Shown here: positions 26,203-35,557 of the stretch, piece by piece
Position numbering within the stretch: the first letter of the stretch is position 1
How the letters are laid out: each line of letters opens with the position of its first letter
DNA from: Propionibacteriaceae bacterium
GTDB taxonomy: Bacteria > Actinomycetota > Actinomycetes > Propionibacteriales > Propionibacteriaceae
DNA length: 46,735 nucleotides
Assembly (NCBI GenBank): GCA_036519615.1
Contig: DATDKX010000292.1
Coordinates: forward strand, 1 to 46,735
Direction: 5' to 3'
The notes under the pieces: generated by a model
The model's database searches: none
Seen by the model: only the letters and a program-made list of their open reading frames with translations
Told to the model about the DNA's origin: nothing
Translations under genes and position numbers: made by a program

Positions 26203-26303
26203 GCTGCGAGGTTCGAAAAGGCCCACGCAGCAAACTGAGAGTGTCCTTCCAGGCCCTGCCGGGTATGAGCCGGCAGGGCTGATTCGCTTCTTCCAATTTC
26301 TTG
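26203..26303 (+). ncRNA. Candidate small structured RNA: hairpin plus 10-bp hairpin with GUAUGAG loop and pyrimidine tail
   Basis: GCTGCG...CGCAGC stem at 26203-26231; GCCCTGCCGG-GTATGAG-CCGGCAGGGC at 26253-26279; promoter not clearly identified. Confidence 0.35.
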
Positions 26304-26312
26304 TGCGTTTCT

Positions 26313-26372
26313 TGTGCGCTGCTCGCGCATCCCGCTCGCCATCCGCCGACTTCATAGTCGCTCGCAGCGCGT
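26313..26372. repeat. Dispersed structured repeat copy B
   Basis: TGTGCGCTGCTCGCGCATC...ATCCGC...GCTCGCAGCGCGT, similar to copy A. Confidence 0.6.
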
Positions 26373-26392
26373 GGACGAGGCAGACTGGAACC

Positions 26393-27775
26393 GTGCCGGT
26401 CAGTGTTTTCGATTTGTTCAGTATCGGCATTGGTCCCTCCAGTTCCCACACTGTTGGACCGATGCGCGCAGCCGGGCGCTTCGTCGCGACGTTGAATCGC
26501 GAAGGTCTACTTCCCCGTACGACACGTGTTCGATCAGAACTGTTCGGTTCGCTGGGAGCAACAGGACATGGCCACGGCAGTTACAACGCCGTGCTCTGGG
26601 GCTTGGAGGGTGAGGATCCGGAAACAGTTGACACTGCCAAAGGTCCGTTGCGCGCCGACGAGATTCGGCGAACCGGTGATTTGCGGCTTAACGGCACGCA
26701 CCCAGTCACTTTCGATCCGGAGGACGATCTGATTCTGTATCGACGCCGCTCGCTGCCCTTTCACCCCAACGGCATGATCTTCACGGCGTACCGCGACGGC
26801 AAGGTGTTGTGCGAGCGGACCTATTACTCGATCGGCGGCGGATTCGTCCTCGATGACGACGAGTCCGGCCATCCCCAGCTGTTGCCGGACCCAACGCCGG
26901 TCCCGTACCCCTTTCGTACCGGTACGGAGCTGCTGGGCTTTTGTCGCGACGAGGGCCTCAGTGTGAGCCAGGTGATGCTGGCCAATGAATGTGTACGGCG
27001 ATCTGAGGCGGAGGTTCGTGCTGGGCTGCTCAAGATCTGGTCGGTCATGCAGGAGTGTGTCGAGCGCGGCTGCTCCACACCAGGCGTGCTTCCCGGAGGC
27101 CTGAAGGTACGGCGGCGCTCAGCCGATATTTATCAGCGGCTCACTGCGGACTCGGGCCGGTTCGGTATCGAAGCGGATCCCCTCGCCGCGATGGATTGGG
27201 TGACATTGTGGGCACTGGCGGTCAACGAGGAAAACGCCTCGGGTGGGCGTGTGGTGACGGCGCCAACCAACGGCGCCGCGGGCATCATCCCCGCTGTGCT
27301 CCACTACGCCACAAGGTTTCTGCCCGGGACCAACGACGACGCGATCGTGAACTTCTTGCTCGTTGCCGGAGCCCTAGGGGCGATCTATCAGCAAACGGCG
27401 TCGATCTCGGGAGCCGAAGTGGGCTGCCAAGGTGAGGTCGGTACGGCGTGCTCGATGGCAGCGGGTGCGCTGGCCGAGATCCTCGGTGGCACGCCGGAGC
27501 AGGTGGAGAACGCCGCCGAGATCGGCATGGAGCATCATCTGGGGCTGACCTGTGATCCAGTAGGCGGGCTCGTTCAGATTCCTTGTATTGAGAGGAATGC
27601 CGTGGCTTCGGTGAAGGCGATCACAGCGGCGCGGCTTGCACTCTATGGCGATGGCCGGCACACCGTCAGTCTCGACAAAGTGATCAAGACCATGATGCAG
27701 ACCGGTGCCGACATGAAGATCAAGTACAAAGAGACCGCCCGCGGTGGGCTAGCTGTCAACATTGTGGAGTGCTGA
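26393..27775 (+). CDS. sdaA: L-serine ammonia-lyase (Fe-S type)
   Basis: [67 protein letters not shown]; GTG after CAGACT -10 (leaderless-like). Confidence 0.97.
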   Translation: MPVSVFDLFSIGIGPSSSHTVGPMRAAGRFVATLNREGLLPRTTRVRSELFGSLGATGHGHGSYNAVLWGLEGEDPETVDTAKGPLRADEIRRTGDLRLNGTHPVTFDPEDDLILYRRRSLPFHPNGMIFTAYRDGKVLCERTYYSIGGGFVLDDDESGHPQLLPDPTPVPYPFRTGTELLGFCRDEGLSVSQVMLANECVRRSEAEVRAGLLKIWSVMQECVERGCSTPGVLPGGLKVRRRSADIYQRLTADSGRFGIEADPLAAMDWVTLWALAVNEENASGGRVVTAPTNGAAGIIPAVLHYATRFLPGTNDDAIVNFLLVAGALGAIYQQTASISGAEVGCQGEVGTACSMAAGALAEILGGTPEQVENAAEIGMEHHLGLTCDPVGGLVQIPCIERNAVASVKAITAARLALYGDGRHTVSLDKVIKTMMQTGADMKIKYKETARGGLAVNIVEC

Positions 27776-27863
27776 CGAGATGTCCCCCGGCGCTGCCCCT
27801 GCCCAGAAAGGCCTTGCTGCGCTAGTGTTCTGACAGCGCGGGTTCCCTGTCCCGGGCTATGAA

Positions 27864-27918
27864 TTTCCACTACGGATCGTCGGGCACGTACCTGCCCGTG
27901 GAAAGGAAGTGTGGCGTG
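27864..27918 (+). ncRNA. msiK RNA motif (known actinobacterial cis-regulatory element)
   Basis: CCACTACGGATCGTCGGGCACGTACCTGCCCGTGG directly before the msiK start; TTTCCAC/GTGGAAA and GGGCA/TGCCC pairings. Confidence 0.85.
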
Positions 27919-29052
27919 GCCACTGTTTCGTTTAAGGACGCGACTCGCGTCTATCCGGGTGCAGACCACCCCTCCGTCGACAAACTCAATCTGGAGATCG
28001 GCGACGGTGAATTCATGGTCCTGGTCGGACCATCCGGCTGCGGGAAGTCGACCTCGCTTCGCATGCTCGCGGGCCTGGAGGAGATCAATGCCGGAGCCAT
28101 TTGGATTGGTGAACGCGACGTCACCGACCTCCCGCCCAAGGACCGCGACATCGCCATGGTCTTCCAGAACTACGCCCTCTATCCCCACATGACCGTGGGC
28201 GACAACATGGGTTTTGCTCTGAAGATGGCTGGGGTTCCCAAGGGGGAGCGTCAGCAGCGCGTTCAGGAGGCCGCTCATTTGCTCGGCTTGGAGGATTATC
28301 TCAACCGCAAGCCGAAGGCGCTCTCCGGCGGCCAGCGGCAGCGCGTCGCCATGGGCCGTGCCATCGTCCGCTCACCGCAGGTCTTCTTGATGGATGAGCC
28401 GCTGTCGAACCTCGACGCCAAGCTCCGCGTCTCCACCCGCACCCAGATTGCGGCACTGCAAACCCGCCTCGGTGTCACCACCGTGTACGTGACCCACGAC
28501 CAGATCGAGGCCATGACGATGGGCGACCGCGTGGCGGTGCTGAAGGATGGCCTCTTGCAGCAATGCGACACCCCGCTGACCCTGTACGACGCGCCCCGCA
28601 ACCTCTTCGTAGCCGGCTTCATCGGCTCGCCTGCCATGAACCTGATCGACGGCGAGGTGCAATCGGACGGCGTGCACCTGGGTGACTACACCGTTCCGGT
28701 GCCTCGCGAGACCCTCGCCAAGGCACCAGATGAGAAGAACCTCGTGCTGGGAATCCGTCCGGAGAATTTCGAGCTGAACGAGGACCCCGAGAGCCGCCAG
28801 GGCATCCCGATCGATGTAGGCGTCGTGGAGGAGTTGGGCGCCGATGCGTTCATCTACGGCACTTTGTCGGGTATCCCCGAGGACGAGTTGATCACCGCTC
28901 AGCAGATCGTCGGCCGGATCCACGGGGGCCGGACGCCGCCGCATCGGGGCGTGAGCGTTCGGTTGCTGATCGATCCGACACACGTGCACGTGTTCTCCAA
29001 GGTGACCGGCGACCGCATCTCCCCTGCAACGGAAAGCGTCTTCACCGACTGA
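27916..29052 (+). CDS. msiK: Multiple-sugar ABC transporter ATPase
   Basis: GPSGCGKST, MVFQNYALYPHM, LSGGQRQRVAMGRAIVR, DEPLSNLDAKLR, VTHDQ; stand-alone gene with the msiK motif. Confidence 0.9.
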   Translation: MATVSFKDATRVYPGADHPSVDKLNLEIGDGEFMVLVGPSGCGKSTSLRMLAGLEEINAGAIWIGERDVTDLPPKDRDIAMVFQNYALYPHMTVGDNMGFALKMAGVPKGERQQRVQEAAHLLGLEDYLNRKPKALSGGQRQRVAMGRAIVRSPQVFLMDEPLSNLDAKLRVSTRTQIAALQTRLGVTTVYVTHDQIEAMTMGDRVAVLKDGLLQQCDTPLTLYDAPRNLFVAGFIGSPAMNLIDGEVQSDGVHLGDYTVPVPRETLAKAPDEKNLVLGIRPENFELNEDPESRQGIPIDVGVVEELGADAFIYGTLSGIPEDELITAQQIVGRIHGGRTPPHRGVSVRLLIDPTHVHVFSKVTGDRISPATESVFTD

Positions 29053-29058
29053 TCAGAA

Positions 29059-29092
29059 CTGCCGGCCTCCGCAAATTGCGGGAGGCCGGCAG
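29059..29092 (+). terminator. GC-rich hairpin after msiK
   Basis: CTGCCGGCCTCC/GGAGGCCGGCAG 12-bp stem. Confidence 0.65.
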
Positions 29093-29154
29093 CTTGTTCG
29101 AGCTTCGCTCATCCGTCCGCAGCGGCACGAGTCCAGTGATGACAGGATTGGACC

Positions 29155-30531
29155 ATGCCCAGGTTCCTCGCGGCACAGCCTGACTCGCGGTTGATCACTC
29201 TGCCCTGGGCGACCCCACTCGCCGACTGGCCCGAGGAGAACCTGGTCGCCCTCCCCCGCGGTATCTCCCGGCACGTCGTACGTTTTGTCCGCGTAGGGAC
29301 TGCGGTGTACGCGTTCAAAGAGGTCGTGGAGCACCTCGCACTGCATGAGTACCGCCTGCTGCGTGACTTAGCCCGGCTGGATACGCCGTCAGTAGAAGCA
29401 GTGGGAGTAGTCACCGAGCGCGTCGATCATGATGGTGAACCGCTCGATCCGATTCTGATCACCAGGCATTTGCAGTTCTCCTTGCCGTATCGGTCCTTGT
29501 TCAACCGCGGCGTACGGCAAGACACCGTTAACCGGTTGGTCGACGCCATGGTGGTGCTGGTGGCGCGGCTCCATCTGATCGGCCTGTTCTGGGGTGACGT
29601 GTCACTGTCCAATACCTTGTTCCGGCGTGACGCCGGAGCGTTCGCGGCGCACTTGGTGGACTTGGAGACGGGCGAGCTCCACGACCAATTGACCGATGGT
29701 CAGCGCGAGCACGACCTGACCATTGCACGAACCAATCTGTACGGCGAGTTCTGTGATCTGGAGGCCGGTGGGCTCCTCGATGAGGCGTTGGATCCGCTGG
29801 TGCTCGTGGAGGCCATCGAGAACCGGTACCGCGAGTTGTGGGATGAGTTGACTGCGGTTGAGGAGTTTAATGCGGGGGAGATGCATCGGATCGAGAGCCG
29901 CGTCCGCCGGCTGAATGCGCTCGGGTTTGACGTCGCCGAGTTGGACATTACGACCGATTTCGACGGCTCGACGATTCGTATTCAGCCCAAAGTGGTCGAT
30001 GCTGGGCACCACTCGCGCCGGCTGATCCGGCTCACTGGGATGGATACCGAGGAGAATCAGGCTCGGCGACTTCTTAATGATCTTGACTATTACCGCGCCC
30101 GGACCGACCAGCAGGGGGCAGATGAGGCAATTGTGGCGCACGAGTGGTTGACGGAGCAGTTCGAGCCAATTCTGCAGTCGGTGCCGATGGAGTTGCGGGC
30201 GAAGTTAGAGCCTGCCCAGCTCTACCACGAGATGCTGGAGCATCGCTGGTTCATGAGCGAGCAGGCTGGGGCTGAGATTTCCATGGAGGAGGCGGCGCAG
30301 TCGTACGTCAACACCGTGCTGCGCGGGCTGCCGGATGAGGAAATCGCCGTCGCGGCGATGGAGTCGATGGTGCCGCTGGCCAACCCACTCCATCCGTCAC
30401 AGGGCTTTGCCGACGATGACTCTGGCGAGCCGTACGACCCTTGGGAGGATGAGGCGGTCGAATCTGATGTGGAGAAGCCGGTTGCGGCGTATCTCGACAT
30501 TGCTGCCCTACGCGCGAAAGCGCAGAAGTGA
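29155..30531 (+). CDS. DUF4032-domain protein with kinase-like N-terminus
   Basis: LPRGISRHVVRF, WGDVSLSNTLFRRDAG, QPKVVDAGHH, ENQARRLLNDLD, EHRWFMSE; I recall this as a usual msiK neighbour. Confidence 0.85.
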   Translation: MPRFLAAQPDSRLITLPWATPLADWPEENLVALPRGISRHVVRFVRVGTAVYAFKEVVEHLALHEYRLLRDLARLDTPSVEAVGVVTERVDHDGEPLDPILITRHLQFSLPYRSLFNRGVRQDTVNRLVDAMVVLVARLHLIGLFWGDVSLSNTLFRRDAGAFAAHLVDLETGELHDQLTDGQREHDLTIARTNLYGEFCDLEAGGLLDEALDPLVLVEAIENRYRELWDELTAVEEFNAGEMHRIESRVRRLNALGFDVAELDITTDFDGSTIRIQPKVVDAGHHSRRLIRLTGMDTEENQARRLLNDLDYYRARTDQQGADEAIVAHEWLTEQFEPILQSVPMELRAKLEPAQLYHEMLEHRWFMSEQAGAEISMEEAAQSYVNTVLRGLPDEEIAVAAMESMVPLANPLHPSQGFADDDSGEPYDPWEDEAVESDVEKPVAAYLDIAALRAKAQK

Positions 30532-30926
30532 ACCTTATGACGGACCCAGATCAGTTGGCGCGGGACGCTGCCGCGAGGCTCTTCGCCGCCTGGGAAAGAT
30601 GGGACCTTGACACCGTCGGTTCACTCGTTGCCGACGATGCGGTCGATGAGCGGCCGCAATCCGGCGAGCGCTTCGTCGGTCGCAGCAACATCATGGGCAT
30701 GTACGTCGAAGTGCCCGGGCCACCACGCATCCGCTGGCGGAGCGTTCTAGGCGGCGCATCGGTTTGGGTCGCCGAAGGCATCGTCGACTATGGCGAGGGG
30801 CCGGTCAATATCGTCGGCGTTGTCGAGCTGGCCGATGCAAAAGTAAAGAAAGCCCGGTTCTACTTCGCGGATCCGTTTGACCCGCCAGCCGAACGAGCCC
30901 GCTGGTCTGACAATTCCATCAGCTAG
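30528..30926 (+). CDS. SnoaL/NTF2-like protein
   Basis: PQSGERFVGR-NI ... YFADPFDPP-ERARW. Confidence 0.75.
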   Translation: MNLMTDPDQLARDAAARLFAAWERWDLDTVGSLVADDAVDERPQSGERFVGRSNIMGMYVEVPGPPRIRWRSVLGGASVWVAEGIVDYGEGPVNIVGVVELADAKVKKARFYFADPFDPPAERARWSDNSIS

Positions 30927-31687
30927 CGAGGCGGCATCCGCAAGGCGCCGTCGAGACGGATGACTTCTCCGTTGAGCAGCGAGTTTTCGATGATCGAATA
31001 GACCAGCATTGCGTACTCTTCAGGACGGCCCAGCCGCGGCGGATGTGGCACCAGAGCCTCCAAGATCGACTTCGTCTCGCCCGGGAGACTCGCCATCATC
31101 GGAGTTTCCATGACGCCGGGTGCAATCGTCATAACGCGGATTGCCTTGTCTGCAAGGTCTCGCGCTGCTGTCAGTGTCAAAGAGGCGACGCCGCCCTTGC
31201 TTGCCGCGTACGCCGCCTGACCGATCTGCCCATCGTATGCTGCAACGCTTGCAGTCATGATCACCAACCCACGGTCGCCGTCGAGTGGCTCATTGTCGAT
31301 CATGGCTGCGGCAGCAAGTCTTAGCACATTGAACGTGCCGACCAGATTGATGTCGATCACCGTCTGAAAGGCCTCCAACGGCAATACGCCACGCTTGCCG
31401 ATCACTCGGCCCGGGGTGCCAACCCCGGCGCAGTTAACCACGACCCGCAGAGTGCCTAACTCAGTTGCAGCCGCGACAGCCGCCTGCACTTGATCTTCGT
31501 CGCGTACGTCGGCTGCAGCGAATCGCACTCGCTCCCCCAGCTCGGTCGCCAGCTCCGATCCGGCCGAGCCTGGCAGGTCAAGGATCAGCGCCGACATACC
31601 CTCCGCAATCACCCGCCGTACGGTGGCTGCTCCTAGACCTGAGGCGCCTCCGGTCACCAGCACGACATCGTGCTCACCCGGCCTCAT
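30923..31687 (-). CDS. SDR, type II 3-hydroxyacyl-CoA dehydrogenase-like
   Basis: TGGASGLG, NCAG, TASVAAYDGQIGQAAYAASKGG, NGEVIRLDGALRM. Confidence 0.9.
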   Translation of the reverse strand: MRPGEHDVVLVTGGASGLGAATVRRVIAEGMSALILDLPGSAGSELATELGERVRFAAADVRDEDQVQAAVAAATELGTLRVVVNCAGVGTPGRVIGKRGVLPLEAFQTVIDINLVGTFNVLRLAAAAMIDNEPLDGDRGLVIMTASVAAYDGQIGQAAYAASKGGVASLTLTAARDLADKAIRVMTIAPGVMETPMMASLPGETKSILEALVPHPPRLGRPEEYAMLVYSIIENSLLNGEVIRLDGALRMPPR

Positions 31688-31728
31688 CCCACTCCCCTCC
31701 TCCGACTTGTCAGAGGTTACTTGAGTGG

Positions 31729-32871
31729 TTACTTCAACAGCTGTCGAGCTATGACAAGCCGCTGGATCTGGTTGGTGCCCTCGAAGATCTGAGTCACCTT
31801 GGCCTCTCGCATATAGCGCTCTGCCGGATAGTCACGCGTATAGCCGTAACCTCCCAGCACCTGAACTGCATCGGTCGTCACCTTCATGGCGACATCAGAG
31901 GCGATCATCTTGGCGACTGCAGCATCGCGGCTGAACGGCCGACCAGCGTCCCGCTTGCGAGCCGCCATCAGGTACGTCGCACGGGCCGAATCAACTGCCG
32001 CCGCCATCTCTGCGAGCAAGAACCGCATCCCTTCAAACTCCGCGATGGCACGCCCAAATTGCTCCCGTTGTTTCGCATAGCCCGCAGCAAGATCAAGAGC
32101 GGCCTGAGCGAGTCCGGTGGCGCAGGCGGCAATTCCCAGCCGGCCCGAATCCAACGCAGAAAGGGCAATCCGCGCACCCTGGCCTTCATCTCCAATGCGC
32201 CGGCTGTCATCGATTGGAACGGCGTCGAAATACAGCGCCGTCGTCGGCGAGGCATTCAGACCCATCTTGTGCTCCGGACTACCGAAGGTCAGGCCCGGCA
32301 TCTGCCCGGGCACATGGAAGCACGTCACACCTCCCCGCGGGTCGTCGTCAGTCCGCGCGAACGTGGTGTAGAAGTCCGCGCACGATCCGTGAGTAATCCA
32401 GGCCTTTGCACCATTGAGCTCATAACCATGATCAGCGTGCTTCGCCCGGGTCGCCATGGCCGAGATGTCCGATCCGGCCTGCGCCTCGGAGAGCGCGTAC
32501 GCGCCCAGCATCTTTCCGCCGATCATCTCCCGCAGATAGGCCTCACGCTGCTCTGTCGTCCCGAACGCCGCCATCGGATAAGTCGCCATCCCATGTACCG
32601 AGACACCGACGCCGACCGTCATCCAGGCGATCGCGACCTCTTCAAGAGCTTGCAGATACACCTCGTACGGCTGACCGGCACCGCCGTACTCTTCCGGGTA
32701 CGGCAGACCCATAAGCCCAACCTCGCCCAGCATGGCAAAGGCATCGCGAGGGAACTGCGCCGCTGCCTCCTCTACGGCAGCGCGCGGCGCCAGCTCAGCT
32801 TGTGCAATCTCCCTCACCAGGGATACCAGCTCAGCACCCTCTTCGGTTGGCAACAGGCGATCGACGGCCAT
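31729..32871 (-). CDS. Acyl-CoA dehydrogenase
   Basis: AYALSEAQAGSD, LNGAKAWIT, REQFG, QVLGGYGY, IFEGTNQIQR; ATG after AGGAG. Confidence 0.95.
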   Translation of the reverse strand: MAVDRLLPTEEGAELVSLVREIAQAELAPRAAVEEAAAQFPRDAFAMLGEVGLMGLPYPEEYGGAGQPYEVYLQALEEVAIAWMTVGVGVSVHGMATYPMAAFGTTEQREAYLREMIGGKMLGAYALSEAQAGSDISAMATRAKHADHGYELNGAKAWITHGSCADFYTTFARTDDDPRGGVTCFHVPGQMPGLTFGSPEHKMGLNASPTTALYFDAVPIDDSRRIGDEGQGARIALSALDSGRLGIAACATGLAQAALDLAAGYAKQREQFGRAIAEFEGMRFLLAEMAAAVDSARATYLMAARKRDAGRPFSRDAAVAKMIASDVAMKVTTDAVQVLGGYGYTRDYPAERYMREAKVTQIFEGTNQIQRLVIARQLLK

Positions 32872-32899
32872 CTCGCTCCTTGTCACGGTTGCCCCGAGC

Positions 32900-32927
32900 C
32901 GGTACTAGAGATAGTACGCTAGTACCG
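32900..32927. promoter_or_regulatory. Probable TetR operator CGGTACTAG-N10-CTAGTACCG
   Basis: Perfect 9-bp inverted repeat between the divergent ACAD and TetR genes. Confidence 0.65.
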
Positions 32928-32929
32928 CT

Positions 32930-33514
32930 ATGGTAGCCGCTTTGCTGGAAGGCAGATTGACCAGCCGCCAGACGCATCTACGAGATGCGCTCGTCGATCT
33001 TGTATTAGCGCAGGGATTCAGCCACCTGACAATGGATCAGTTCGCGGCTCAACTGAACTGCTCCAAACGCACGCTCTATGCCCTTGCTTCCAGCAAAGAG
33101 CAGTTGGCCGTGCTCGCTGTGCGGCAGTTTTTCAAGCGAGCGACTGAGCAGGTTGAAGCGGCGATTGCGCGCACCCGGGCGCCCGCCAAGCGGGTCACTC
33201 GCTATCTGGAGGCCGTGGCTGAGGCGCTCCGTCCCGCCTGTCGGGCATTCCGAGATGACATCGCCCACTTCCGTCCGGCGACCGAAATCTATGAGCAGAA
33301 CACGCTGGCTGCGGCACAGCGAGTTCGCGAACTGATCGACGAAGGCACTCAGGTCGGCGCATTCCGGCGCGTTCATGCAGCCTTCGTAGCTGAGGTAGTG
33401 ACGGCGACGATGCGCCGTATCACCAGCGGCGAGATCGCAGCGGCCACAGGCCTCAGTGACGCCGAGGCCTACTCCGAGCTCGCCGAACTTGTGGTGGCCG
33501 CCATCCGCCGATAA
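32930..33514 (+). CDS. TetR-family regulator
   Basis: GFSHLTMDQFAAQLNCSKRTLYAL--SKEQL HTH. Confidence 0.9.
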   Translation: MVAALLEGRLTSRQTHLRDALVDLVLAQGFSHLTMDQFAAQLNCSKRTLYALASSKEQLAVLAVRQFFKRATEQVEAAIARTRAPAKRVTRYLEAVAEALRPACRAFRDDIAHFRPATEIYEQNTLAAAQRVRELIDEGTQVGAFRRVHAAFVAEVVTATMRRITSGEIAAATGLSDAEAYSELAELVVAAIRR

Positions 33515-33525
33515 CCGCCCTTTCA

Positions 33526-33610
33526 GTGATCGCTCGTGCAATGCCGACGCTCGCGATCACGAGGGACTTTTGGTGATCGCTTGCACAGTCGCGACGCCCG
33601 CGATCACGAG
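33526..33610. repeat. Two tandem copies (47-bp period) of GTGATCGC-N19-GCGATCAC-GAG; dispersed repeat copies D1/D2
   Basis: 33526-33563 and 33573-33610; contain the GCTCGT-GCA...CGAC-GCTCGC core. Confidence 0.7.
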
Positions 33611-33650
33611 TGACGGCTCGCGGCTCACCGAAACCGAATATCCTGCCCGA

Positions 33651-34130
33651 ATGGACGAAGATCTCCACGCCCTCGGCGAGGACCTCATTACCACCGCAGC
33701 ACGCGTGGTGCGCTGGGTTCCCAAAGAAGACGGGTTCGGCATCAGCCTCGCCGCCGCACGCTTGTTGGCTCGACTGCACGACGCCGGGCCAACGAGGATC
33801 AGCGATCTTGCCCTGGCTGAGAAATGTTCCCAGCCGACGATCACCAACCATGTCAAGCGTCTGGAGGCCGCGCATCTGGTCGACCGCACTGCCGACCCGC
33901 GTGATGCCCGAGCGTGGATGATCAAATTGACCAAGAAGGGTTACCAGCAGCTGTCGTCGATGCGCGCTTCAATTGGTACCAGCCTCGAGCCATACCTTGC
34001 GACGATGTCGAAACGTGATATCAAGGCGCTGCGCGAGGGGGTCGAGGCGATGCAGCGCCTGATGGCCGTCAACATGGAGACACAAATACCTAGTGGGGTC
34101 CCGCCCGCAGGGCGGGACACACGCTCGTGA
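33651..34130 (+). CDS. MarR-family regulator
   Basis: [24 protein letters not shown]...DPRDARA; leaderless-like TATCCT-N6-ATG. Confidence 0.85.
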   Translation: MDEDLHALGEDLITTAARVVRWVPKEDGFGISLAAARLLARLHDAGPTRISDLALAEKCSQPTITNHVKRLEAAHLVDRTADPRDARAWMIKLTKKGYQQLSSMRASIGTSLEPYLATMSKRDIKALREGVEAMQRLMAVNMETQIPSGVPPAGRDTRS

Positions 34131-35557
34131 CACAGCCGACCGAACCGGGCGTGACATCAGATGCCTTCCGGCTCTACGACACCGCCACGCAATCGGTACG
34201 CGCCTTCGAGCCAGTTATTCCTGGCCGAGTTTCGATCTACCACTGCGGGCTGACGGTACAGGCTGGCCCACATCTAGGCCACATTCGAAAGGAAGTCGTC
34301 TTTGATGTGCTTCGCCGCTGGCTGACGTCGTGCGGCTATGAGGTCACGGTGATCGCCAATATCACCGACATCGATGACAAGATCTTGATCAAGTCGGCTG
34401 AGGCTGGTACGCCGTGGTTCGCGCACGCGTACCTCTTCGAGCGAGAGCTGCACGAGGCCTACGCGGCACTCGGCTGCTTGCCACCGACGTACGAGCCGCG
34501 GGCCACGGGTCATATCCCCGAGATGATCGAAATGATCAAGGTGCTGATCGACCGCGGTCATGCCTATCCGGCGCCTGACGACTCCGGCGATGTCTATTTC
34601 GATGTGAAGTCCTGGCCGGACTACGGCTCGCTGTCTCACCAGAACATCGATGACATGGAACCGGCCGCAGACTCTGATCCACGGGGCAAGAAGGACCCCA
34701 GAGACTTCGCGCTCTGGAAAGGCCACAAGGACAACGAACCGGAGACGGCCAGTTGGCCGACGCCCTGGGGACGAGGCCGGCCCGGATGGCATTTGGAATG
34801 CTCAGCCATGGCGAGTAAGTACCTCGGCGATGAGTTCGACATCCACGGCGGCGGGCTTGATCTTCGGTTTCCGCACCATGAGAACGAGCTGGCTCAGTCC
34901 CGGGCCGCGGGACAGCGCTTTGCGCGCTATTGGATGCACAACGCGCTTGTGACTAGTGCTGGAGAGAAGATGAGCAAGTCGCTGGACAACAGTGCGCTTG
35001 TCTCAGAGGTGATCAAGAGATTCCCCGCGCGTGCGGTACGGCTCTATCTGATTCAGCCGCACTATCGCTCGCCGATCGAGTATTCCGATGCTGCGATCGC
35101 CGAATCTGTGGCCGCGCTCGATCGGATTGACAATTTCGTTCGCCGGGCTGCCGACGTGGTCGGGGTCACGGCCGAACGACTGCCGCCGGAATTCGTGGCG
35201 GCTATGAATGATGATCTTGGTACGCCCACCGCGGTCGCAGTGCTGCACAATGCCGTACGGGATGGCAATCTGGCGCTCGATGCGGGCGATACTGATCTCG
35301 TTGCGGCCCGACTGGCTGAAGTGATGGGCATGCTGGGGATCTTGGGCTTGGATGCCGCCAGCGGCGCCTGGGAAAGGGGCGTCGATCAACAGCTGAGCGC
35401 GGTCGTGGATGGCCTAGTCACCGAGCTGCTGAAGCACCGTGAGGCAGCCCGAGAACGCAAGGATTTCGCTGCGGCCGATGCCATCCGTGACTCCCTTGCC
35501 GCGCTGGGAGTCGAAGTCTCCGATACCCCGCAGGGCCCCCGCTGGCGGGTCCGCTGA
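34127..35557 (+). CDS. cysS: Cysteinyl-tRNA synthetase
   Basis: CGLTVQ--PHLGH (HIGH), [30 protein letters not shown]. Confidence 0.98.
   Translation: MTQPTEPGVTSDAFRLYDTATQSVRAFEPVIPGRVSIYHCGLTVQAGPHLGHIRKEVVFDVLRRWLTSCGYEVTVIANITDIDDKILIKSAEAGTPWFAHAYLFERELHEAYAALGCLPPTYEPRATGHIPEMIEMIKVLIDRGHAYPAPDDSGDVYFDVKSWPDYGSLSHQNIDDMEPAADSDPRGKKDPRDFALWKGHKDNEPETASWPTPWGRGRPGWHLECSAMASKYLGDEFDIHGGGLDLRFPHHENELAQSRAAGQRFARYWMHNALVTSAGEKMSKSLDNSALVSEVIKRFPARAVRLYLIQPHYRSPIEYSDAAIAESVAALDRIDNFVRRAADVVGVTAERLPPEFVAAMNDDLGTPTAVAVLHNAVRDGNLALDAGDTDLVAARLAEVMGMLGILGLDAASGAWERGVDQQLSAVVDGLVTELLKHREAARERKDFAAADAIRDSLAALGVEVSDTPQGPRWRVR

Noticed and set aside
25733-26392. Glycine or ZTP riboswitch expected upstream of tdh/sdaA
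   Set aside because: No GGAGA...CCGAAG...CTCTCAGG aptamer arrangement on either strand (only an isolated ACTCTCAG), and no ZTP-type 3' GCCTGGGC hairpin.
27864-27918. Structured leader before the sugar ATPase as a novel RNA
   Set aside because: It matches the already described msiK motif; listed as a feature.
31465-32922. Long antisense ORFs (485 aa here; also 726-1604, 9694-10620, 44068-44970, 35386-36219)
   Set aside because: Shadows of well-supported genes on the opposite strand, expected in high-GC DNA; no recognisable motifs.
33526-33610. Possible mini-CRISPR (palindromic repeats with a short spacer)
   Set aside because: Only two imperfect units, a 9-bp gap and no cas genes; fits the dispersed structured repeat instead.
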